Below, piece by piece: positions 54,405 to 60,488 of a stretch of DNA of 60,488 nucleotides (position 1 is the stretch's first letter; every line of letters starts with the position of its first letter). Below the pieces are notes generated by a model. The model made no database searches, was not told the origin of the DNA, and worked only from the letters and a program-made list of their open reading frames with translations. Origin of the DNA: Alphaproteobacteria bacterium. Its GTDB lineage: Bacteria; Pseudomonadota; Alphaproteobacteria; Rhodospirillales; Rhodospirillaceae. The stretch lies in contig JANLSL010000273.1 in assembly GCA_031362385.1 (NCBI GenBank), positions 1 through 60,488 of the forward strand. Direction: 5' to 3'. Made by a program: the position numbers and the translations under genes.

Positions 54405-54902
54405 ATGCCTAATCGGTATCTAAAACATCCTCCAATTCGGCGCTTTGACGAAGGCTATACGGTTGATGACTCTGGTTGCTGGGTTTGGCAGGGCTCAACG
54501 AACACCAACGGCTATGGCAAGTTTCGAGTTGAGGGAAAGACGGTGTATACGCACCGCTTTTCATATACTCGATTCAAAGGCCCAATTCCGAGCGGGCTGA
54601 CAATAGATCACTTGTGCCGCAACCGCCTGTGCTGCAACCCAGATCATTTGGAAGTCGTGTCATTTGTTGAGAATCAACGACGCAGGCACCTCGTTCCCTG
54701 TCCGCATACTGAATATCGAAATGAGGGTCGATGCATACCATGCGACCGGCTCGCAAGCAGAATGCGAACACGAAAATGGCGTGAGCGCAAGGCATCGCTC
54801 GCAAATTTAGAAGGAGCAACCCTTTCCCGCCACATCGCGCCAGACGTGCGGGAAATACGGCCACGAAACGCCTGCAAGTCGCAACGCGTGGGGAAACGGT
54901 GA
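54405..54902 (+). CDS. HNH endonuclease (165 aa)
   Basis: ...GCWVWQGSTNTNGYGKF...TIDHLCRNRLCCNPDHLEVV; GGAGGG upstream of ATG 54405. Confidence 0.8.
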   Translation: MPNRYLKHPPIRRFDEGYTVDDSGCWVWQGSTNTNGYGKFRVEGKTVYTHRFSYTRFKGPIPSGLTIDHLCRNRLCCNPDHLEVVSFVENQRRRHLVPCPHTEYRNEGRCIPCDRLASRMRTRKWRERKASLANLEGATLSRHIAPDVREIRPRNACKSQRVGKR

Positions 54903-56386
54903 TGCGTGCCGCCACATGTTTTTCCGGTATCGGCGCTCCTGAAATGGGCCTGCCTGAGTGCGACTGGGTCTGGCACGCCGAGATTGAGCCGTTCCCTTCG
55001 GCCGTCATGGCCGAGCGGCATCCCGAAAGCGCGAACCTTGGCGACGTGCTTGCCGCTGACTTCATTGATCGCGCGAAAGCAATGGGGCCACTCGACATCA
55101 TGGCCGGCGGGCCTCCGTGCCAAGCATTCTCGGTTGCTGGCAATCGCGGCGGCATGTCCGATGCGCGCGGCAATCTCACTCTAAGATGGGTTCAAATTCT
55201 CCATGCAATTCAGCCTCGAAATGCCATCACCGAAAACGTCCCCGGATGGCTCTCAATGCCAGACAATGCCTTCGGGTGTTTCTTGGCAGGACTTGTCGGA
55301 GCAGATGATGCCCTGTGTTCGCCACTCGACGGGGGAAAGTGGCCCGGTGTCGGTATGGTTGCCGGGCCAAGGGCACGGACGGCATGGCGGATTCTCGACG
55401 CTCAATATTTCGGAGTGGCCCAACGACGCCGCCGTGTGTTCGTTGTCGCAGATTTTGGAAACGGCGCCGATCCCGCCCAAGTATTATTTGAGCGCGCTGG
55501 CTTGTCGGGGAATCCTGCGCCGCGCCGAGAAACGCGGGAAATATCTTCCAGAGATATTGCACCGAGCCTTAGAGCACGTAGCAACGCCAGCCACCGAGAT
55601 GACAGCGACACTTACGTCGCAGACATAGCCCCGACGCTCGACAGTCAATTTGGTTCGAAGATGGGCCAGAATAATCAGCACATCAACGGGGGGGGGGATT
55701 GTTCGTTGCCAGCCGTGGCGATGTGCCTCAATCACGGCGCGCAACAGCGCCTCGACCCGACTTTCGAGACCCTGATCCCAACAAACAGGTGCGGCTTCGA
55801 TGTTGCTCATTCGCTACGCGCGGAAGGCTTCGACGCTTCCGAGGATGGAACTGGCCGTGGGACACCGATTGTGCCGGTTGTATATCGCACGTCTGGGAAT
55901 TGCGGAGCATGGGCGACAGGAGATCGGACTGATGCGCTTACACAATCGACCGATCCGAATAGCCATGTGGTCGCAATCCAAGCCGGAGCCTTGCGCGAAA
56001 ACCCGAACAGCGGACCGGATGGCATCGGAGTGCAGGAAGATTTGGCCTATACGATCGAGGCTCGGGCCGAGGTTCAGGCGGTTGCATTCGCCCAAAACCA
56101 GCGTGACGAGGTTCGCACGATGGACGTTGCTGGCGCGCTCGCGGCTGAGCCCGGAATGAAGCAACAGACCTATGTGAATGACGCATGGGCAGTGCGCCGG
56201 TTGACGGTGCGGGAATGCGAGCGCCTCCAGGGATTTCCAGATGATTTCACGGCCATCACCTACCGCGGCAAACCGGCCGCCGATGGCCCGCGATACAAAG
56301 CACTCGGCAATTCATGGGCCGTTCCGTGCGGCCGCTGGATTCTCAACAGGATCGCCATCGCCCTAGCCACCCAGGAGCCATCATAA
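54902..56386 (+). CDS. DNA (cytosine-5) methyltransferase
   Basis: Motifs FSGIGA, GGPPCQAFS, ENVPG, QRRRRVF, and TVRECERLQGFPDDF...LGNSWAVP. Confidence 0.9.
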   Translation: MRAATCFSGIGAPEMGLPECDWVWHAEIEPFPSAVMAERHPESANLGDVLAADFIDRAKAMGPLDIMAGGPPCQAFSVAGNRGGMSDARGNLTLRWVQILHAIQPRNAITENVPGWLSMPDNAFGCFLAGLVGADDALCSPLDGGKWPGVGMVAGPRARTAWRILDAQYFGVAQRRRRVFVVADFGNGADPAQVLFERAGLSGNPAPRRETREISSRDIAPSLRARSNASHRDDSDTYVADIAPTLDSQFGSKMGQNNQHINGGGDCSLPAVAMCLNHGAQQRLDPTFETLIPTNRCGFDVAHSLRAEGFDASEDGTGRGTPIVPVVYRTSGNCGAWATGDRTDALTQSTDPNSHVVAIQAGALRENPNSGPDGIGVQEDLAYTIEARAEVQAVAFAQNQRDEVRTMDVAGALAAEPGMKQQTYVNDAWAVRRLTVRECERLQGFPDDFTAITYRGKPAADGPRYKALGNSWAVPCGRWILNRIAIALATQEPS

Positions 56387-56604
56387 TGGCACTGACTAAA
56401 TCCGCCATGAAAGAGCGCGAACGGATAATCGCGCTTCACAAGCAAGCGGCCATCGAAACGGTGCAGACGATCCTTGCCAGCGGGATGCCCGGAAGGACGA
56501 AATCAGAACGCCAAAAAGCGCGATGGATCGCCAAGGGTTTTGAACTGGCAACCGACGCACTCAAACGCGCAATCAACGAATCCAGCGAACAGGAGCCATC
56601 ATAA
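56386..56604 (+). CDS. Hypothetical small protein (72 aa) bracketed by 18-bp direct repeats
   Basis: TAATG coupling at both ends. Confidence 0.5.
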   Translation: MALTKSAMKERERIIALHKQAAIETVQTILASGMPGRTKSERQKARWIAKGFELATDALKRAINESSEQEPS

Positions 56605-56708
56605 TGGACACACCAACCAAGATTGCGCGGGGGCTGGACAGCAAGATTGCGCAGTCGCTCGACATCATCGATTCAGCGATCCGAGATAATCCGGCAAGCC
56701 ATGTGTTT
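56604..56708 (+). pseudogene. 5' fragment (35 codons) of an IS-disrupted PAPS-reductase-like gene
   Basis: MDTPTK...ASHVF reads in frame into GMFSGGHDS at 58895 once the IS and one target-duplication copy are removed. Confidence 0.8.
56701..56708. repeat. Target site duplication ATGTGTTT (left)
   Basis: Identical octamer at 58887-58894. Confidence 0.8.
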
Positions 56709-56733
56709 GGCGTTATTATACTTCCCATACCCA
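56709..56733. repeat. IS left inverted repeat GGCGTTATTATACTTCCCATACCCA
   Basis: Matches the reverse complement of 58862-58886 at 23/25. Confidence 0.85.
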
Positions 56734-56847
56734 GATCGGGGGTGCTAAGTGAGTAGCTCCCGCGACTGTGCAGGCTTGCTGTTTCCAAAGGCGGCAAATT
56801 CATATTGTGCGGGCAGACATCTTAAAGTCAGCCGAGGCCCCACGGAT

Positions 56848-57753
56848 ATGAGAATCCCAGACCAACTTATGAACACGCCAGTCTATCTCTACCCTGATTT
56901 GCAAAGGGCTGAGGCTGGAGAAAAGGCGGGCGGAACCGGCTTTTTGTTTGGCCACACTATAGCTGGGACTAATAGCTTTACGCTTTGGGTTGTGACAAAT
57001 CGTCACGTCGTTGAAGGAGGCGCTTGCACTGTTAGGCTTAACAGAAAGGGTGGAGGTCTAGAGTTTATAGACACAGATGAGAGCGAATGGTTTTTGAATG
57101 AAGAACATGATCTTGCTGTCAGGCCAATAGCCCTTTCCCAAGATGTGCATGATTTCAATTGTTTCGTCACTGAATGGATTTTGCAGAGGGATTGGGCACG
57201 CGCCTTGGATATTGGGCCAGGCGATCCATGCATAACAATAGGAAGGTTTGTTGGCCACGATGGGAAACAACGAAACACGCCGACGGCGCGATTTGGCCAA
57301 ATCTCTCAGATGAATGCAGAACCGGTCAACTATCGCGGACGAGTGCAAGACAGTTTCCTTGTGGAGATACGATCCATCGGCGGAGCCTCCGGCTCTCCAG
57401 TTCTAGTTCACCTAGATCCAATGTTTTATAGGCCCAGCATAAATTTGTCTAAGGCCCCAGACGGGTCAACTCTTGGTCAGGGGGTTTATCCCAAAGGCCC
57501 TTGGTTGCTCGGCATCAATTGGTGCATGATCCCATCTTGGGAACCTGTATGCGACTCATCTGGGCAGATTCTGCCTAATAAAACGCAAGTTCCTGCCAAT
57601 ACAGGAATGATGGGGGTCATCCCAGCGTGGCATCTACATGATATGCTCGAAACAGGCGTTGCTTCTCGACGGAGGATTGAGATTGAACGTGAGATAGCCG
57701 CATTAGGCGCGATCAATCTCGATAACGGCCTTCCTACTTTAGAGAAGGGTTAG
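56848..57753 (+). CDS. Trypsin-like (S1/Trypsin_2-type) serine protease with an unknown ~110-aa C-terminal domain; IS passenger
   Basis: His VVTNRHVV, Asp EEHDLAV, Ser GGASGSPV; AT-richer by eye than the phage; alternative GTG start at 56749. Confidence 0.7.
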   Translation: MRIPDQLMNTPVYLYPDLQRAEAGEKAGGTGFLFGHTIAGTNSFTLWVVTNRHVVEGGACTVRLNRKGGGLEFIDTDESEWFLNEEHDLAVRPIALSQDVHDFNCFVTEWILQRDWARALDIGPGDPCITIGRFVGHDGKQRNTPTARFGQISQMNAEPVNYRGRVQDSFLVEIRSIGGASGSPVLVHLDPMFYRPSINLSKAPDGSTLGQGVYPKGPWLLGINWCMIPSWEPVCDSSGQILPNKTQVPANTGMMGVIPAWHLHDMLETGVASRRRIEIEREIAALGAINLDNGLPTLEKG

Positions 57754-57901
57754 GTTTGTTAGTGGCGCTTCCTAGCAGCTTTTCGAAGGCCGTGTCTGCG
57801 TCGGTGGGGTTTAGTTCGCCAGCGTCCACGAGTTCGCGCACGACCTTTCGGAACAACTCGCTTTGCTGCTCCGGCGTCAGTTCGACTTTTTTCTTTGGCA
57901 T
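57734..57901 (-). CDS. 55-aa ORF downstream of the transposase (inside the IS)
   Basis: Hand translated MPKKKVELTPEQQSELFRKVVRELVDAGELNPTDADTAFEKLLGSATNKPNPSLK; starts 16 nt after the tnp stop. Confidence 0.4.
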   Translation of the reverse strand: MPKKKVELTPEQQSELFRKVVRELVDAGELNPTDADTAFEKLLGSATNKPNPSLK

Positions 57902-57917
57902 GGCTGCCCCCAATCAA

Positions 57918-58823
57918 TCACGCATATTTCAGCCGCTTCCCGACAACACCGCTCAACAATTTGTCGGCGCGGTCAGCGTCGTTATAGCCCAAGGCAACGC
58001 GGTTCGAATAGCGGAAGTCAAATTCAGCCAGATAACGGTGCAGGTGCTTCTCGTTGCAGAACTGATAGGTTCCGCGCATCCCACGTTTGAAGATGCTGAA
58101 AAAGCCTTCGACGGTGTTGCTATGAATGGAGCCACGGACATACTCGCCACGCGCATGGGTGGTGGTTTCATGGGCGGCAAACTCGCGTCCAACGGCGCGA
58201 TAGTGAGTGGCTTCGTCGGTATAGAGTTGAGCCTGACGGGCGACGTTGGAATATACAATGTCAGCAATTTCACCGATGACCATCTTGTTGGCGTCAAAGG
58301 AGCGAGCCTCGCCAGTCGCGCGGTCTATCAGGGACACAACACGCATCTTGTGACGGAATCCGCCACGGGCCTTTTCAGAGCCTTCCTTGACGCCGATATA
58401 GGTTTCATCAGCTTCAACCGGAGTGCCGCCAGCGCCAAAGATCATGGGATTGCTCTTTGCCATGGCTTCACGAATGCGGTGCGACATGAACCAAGCGGTT
58501 TTGAGGGTGACGCCAAGGGTGCGGTGAAGCTGGTTGCTGGAAATGCCCTTCTTGCTGCCAGCGATCAGATACATCGCCTGCAACCAGATATGCAGGGCAA
58601 CGTGCGAGCCTTCAAAGATGGTGCCGATCCGCACGGTGAAAGGCTTGCGGCACTGGTAGCACTTGTAAAGGCCGACGCGGGTGGATTTGCCGCCCATAAG
58701 ACTAATGCGCTCCACGCCACCGCAATGCGGGCAGGTCGGGCCTTCCGGCCAAACGCGGGCTTCCACATAGGCAAAAGCGGCCTTTTCGTCGTGGAAGTGA
58801 GGGGCGGAAAGTGCGGAAACCAT
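57918..58823 (-). CDS. IS1595-family transposase
   Basis: N-terminal Zn-ribbon ...WPEGPTCPHCGG...YKCYQCRKPFTV..GTIFE.SH, followed by an ISXO2-like DDE region. Confidence 0.85.
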   Translation of the reverse strand: MVSALSAPHFHDEKAAFAYVEARVWPEGPTCPHCGGVERISLMGGKSTRVGLYKCYQCRKPFTVRIGTIFEGSHVALHIWLQAMYLIAGSKKGISSNQLHRTLGVTLKTAWFMSHRIREAMAKSNPMIFGAGGTPVEADETYIGVKEGSEKARGGFRHKMRVVSLIDRATGEARSFDANKMVIGEIADIVYSNVARQAQLYTDEATHYRAVGREFAAHETTTHARGEYVRGSIHSNTVEGFFSIFKRGMRGTYQFCNEKHLHRYLAEFDFRYSNRVALGYNDADRADKLLSGVVGKRLKYA

Positions 58824-58861
58824 GGTCTAACTCCTTATGGAGCAACCAATAGGGTTTCCTT

Positions 58862-58886
58862 TGGGTATGTCAAGTATAATAACGCC
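58862..58886. repeat. IS right inverted repeat
   Basis: The reverse complement is GGCGTTATTATACTTGACATACCCA. Confidence 0.85.
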
Positions 58887-58894
58887 ATGTGTTT
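58887..58894. repeat. Target site duplication ATGTGTTT (right)
   Basis: Identical to 56701-56708. Confidence 0.8.
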
Positions 58895-59647
58895 GGTATG
58901 TTCAGCGGTGGGCATGACAGCCTTTGCTCAACGCACGTCGCATCGCAGCATCCTGCATTCACTCGCGCCGCTCATATTAACACGACTATCGGGATTGAGG
59001 AAACGCGGCAATTCGTGCGGCGCGTGGCGACGGAACGGCAATGGCGGCTGATCGAATACTATCCGCCGATCAGCTACCGGGACATTGTTTTGAAGCACGG
59101 CTTCCCTGGCCCCGGTGGTCACGCGATAACCTATGCGCGGCTCAAGGAACGCTGTGTGCGTCAAATTGTCCGCGAGCATAAGCAGTCCTTCAAAGATCGC
59201 GTCGGCCTTGTGACAGGCGTTCGACTATCGGAAAGCACGCGCCGTATGGGGCATGTTAAGCCTGTCCAAAGAGTTGGCGCACAACTTTGGATTGCTCCAA
59301 TTCTGCATTGGAACGACGATGACAAACTCGAATATATGGCCCGCTACGAACTACCCCGGAATCGGGTTGTTGATACGATATGTATGTCAGGCGAGTGCTT
59401 GTGTGGAGCCTTCGCCAAGAAAGAAGAATTGTTTGAAATCGAGCAAGCATTCCCAGAAACGGCAGCGATAATCCACGCTCTGCAACGTGATGCGGAAGCC
59501 GCTGGCGTTCATGCCAAATGGGGGACGCGCCCACCAAAAGGTCGTTGGATCACAACCAAGGGCGGGATGCTCTGCGCGACCTGCAATCAGAAGAATATGG
59601 CCGCATTTCCGATGTTCACAGAAAGGCAAACCAATGACCATGACTGA
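58889..59647 (+). pseudogene. 3' fragment of the PAPS-reductase-family (PP-loop) gene disrupted by the IS
   Basis: FSGGHDS PP-loop, ...IAPILHWNDDDKLEYM...P.N...MSGECLCG pattern of the PAPS_reduct family; lacks its own N-terminus. Confidence 0.75.
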
Positions 59648-59681
59648 TGTGTTCAGGGCGCACATAAACAGGAGCAAACCA

Positions 59682-60293
59682 ATGACTGACAAAGAGCGCG
59701 ATGATGCGCTGATCGCTGAGGCTGAAAGGCTGGCCTATGATGAAACAAAGACGATTGTTGATGATCGTGGGTCTACATGGACAGTAGCAACTGAGGACGA
59801 TTGGCAGAAGCGAAAGAATGCACACCTAATCCGCCTCGCCCGCGAAAACTGGCAACCCGCGCCAGAGCCGGATCGCTGGACGTTGCTGACGAGGAAGGCT
59901 CTTGCTGCCTGTAATCGGGGTAACAAAAACGGCGGACATTACGATGAGGCATCAGAACGCGCTGCGGAACAATATGAAGAGGGCAGTCGAGATAACGAAG
60001 GCGCCTTTGTCGCCATGCGCGAAGTCCTGCGCGAACACTTCCCCGAGCGGCGGCCTGCGGTTGTCGTGCCGGAGGATCAGATCAAGCGCATGACGAACCG
60101 CTTTCTTGGCTGGAAACTGCCAGAAGATTTTCACCCCGATGACGGTATCAGTTTTGAGCCTGAGTTCAACAAGGAATGGAATTCCTCACAAGGCAAGCCG
60201 CCTCAACGAAGAACCCCGACCGGAACCAATCTGTTCGACGCCACACAGGCTGAAGCGATGGTGCGCTATATCATAGATCAAGGAGGAGAGTGA
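59682..60293 (+). CDS. Hypothetical protein (203 aa)
   Basis: ATG 59682 lies 7 nt after AGGAG; the longer track ORF overlaps the upstream gene. Confidence 0.55.
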   Translation: MTDKERDDALIAEAERLAYDETKTIVDDRGSTWTVATEDDWQKRKNAHLIRLARENWQPAPEPDRWTLLTRKALAACNRGNKNGGHYDEASERAAEQYEEGSRDNEGAFVAMREVLREHFPERRPAVVVPEDQIKRMTNRFLGWKLPEDFHPDDGISFEPEFNKEWNSSQGKPPQRRTPTGTNLFDATQAEAMVRYIIDQGGE

Positions 60294-60463
60294 TGGCTGT
60301 TCACACTTGTATCGCTAACCCATGTCCTATTTGCCACCCGCAATACTACCATAGCGCACCTATTCCGCATGGCTGCATCTGTCCGCCCGGTTCGGAGAAA
60401 ACATGCCAAGGCGCGACATGCCCCCGTCGAGCGAGAAATGCGACAGGAGGCCCAAGACAATGA
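60293..60463 (+). CDS. Cys-rich small protein (56 aa) spanning the contig junction
   Basis: AAGGAGGAGAG upstream; TGATG coupling; MAVHTCIANPCPICHPQYYHSAPIPHGCICPPGSEKTCQGATCPRRARNATGGPRQ; its 3' part is duplicated at 1..116. Confidence 0.5.
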   Translation: MAVHTCIANPCPICHPQYYHSAPIPHGCICPPGSEKTCQGATCPRRARNATGGPRQ

Positions 60464-60488
60464 CACACAACCCCAAGCCCGATGTGAC
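60348..60488. repeat. Terminal direct repeat, copy 2 (identical to 1..141)
   Basis: Exact identity with the window start. Confidence 0.95.

Larger units (their letters stand above)
56709..58886 (-). mobile_element. IS1595-family insertion sequence with passenger genes (2178 bp)
   Basis: 23/25 terminal inverted repeats, 8-bp target duplication, IS1595-type transposase, split target gene. Confidence 0.85.

Noticed and set aside
57756-59051. 431-aa plus-strand ORF, the longest ORF in this area
   Set aside because: It is antisense to the IS1595 transposase. It runs across the IS right end and the target duplication into the PAPS-reductase fragment. It has no recognisable motifs and looks like a GC-rich shadow frame.
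1-60488. Diversity-generating retroelement or retron (looked for because of the fibre-like variable proteins)
   Set aside because: I found no reverse-transcriptase-like ORF (no YxDD-type motif context) and no template/variable repeat pair.

Overview
The window looks like one complete temperate tailed-phage genome. The first 141 nt are identical to the last 141 nt, giving a unit length of 60,347 bp, so the contig closes on itself.

Layout:
- Two divergent arms start at an immunity switch near 44.3-45.7 kb. The switch has an S24/LexA-type CI-like repressor (+), a small Cro-like gene (-), and three GTTGG-N6-CCAAC operator-like palindromes.
- The minus arm (44.3 kb down to 7.4 kb) runs in this order:
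  - Early and regulatory genes: RuvC-like resolvase, an NPPF DNA methyltransferase, an HNH endonuclease and a replication-organizer-like protein.
  - A lambda-type packaging and head module: Nu1-like TerS, GpA-family TerL, a gpW-domain protein, lambda-family portal, S49 prohead protease, gpD-like decoration protein and gpE-like major capsid.
  - Siphovirus-type tail genes: major tail protein, a G/GT-type chaperone pair with an A_AAA_AAC slippery site, a 1168-aa tape measure, a tip protein and a fibre-like protein.
  - A lysis cassette: GH19 endolysin, holin, and an i-spanin with an embedded o-spanin.
  - Three trailing genes, including a secreted SGNH-DUF1996 protein.
- The plus arm (44.6 kb through the junction to 7.2 kb) carries many small early genes, RecT, an ACP-like protein, excisionase-like and tyrosine-integrase genes, and a candidate attP with a tRNA-Pro(UGG) 5' half. 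After these come an HNH endonuclease plus a C5 cytosine methyltransferase, a PAPS-reductase-like gene and a minimal ATP-dependent DNA ligase.

Most unusual observations:
1. An intact IS1595-family element (imperfect inverted repeats, 8-bp target duplication) carries a trypsin-like serine protease as cargo and splits the PAPS-reductase-like gene.
2. A ~6.5-kb block of eight genes sits between TerL and the gpW/portal genes. It includes an 877-aa LamG plus Ala/Gly/Thr-repeat protein.
3. An acyl-carrier-protein homologue has the phosphopantetheine serine replaced by alanine.
4. The N-terminal homology region of TerL lies upstream of any canonical start codon, in frame with TerS.

All functional calls come from motif and family recognition by eye. 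No database search was possible. Start codons are often uncertain, because several ORF-track starts are GTG or TTG.
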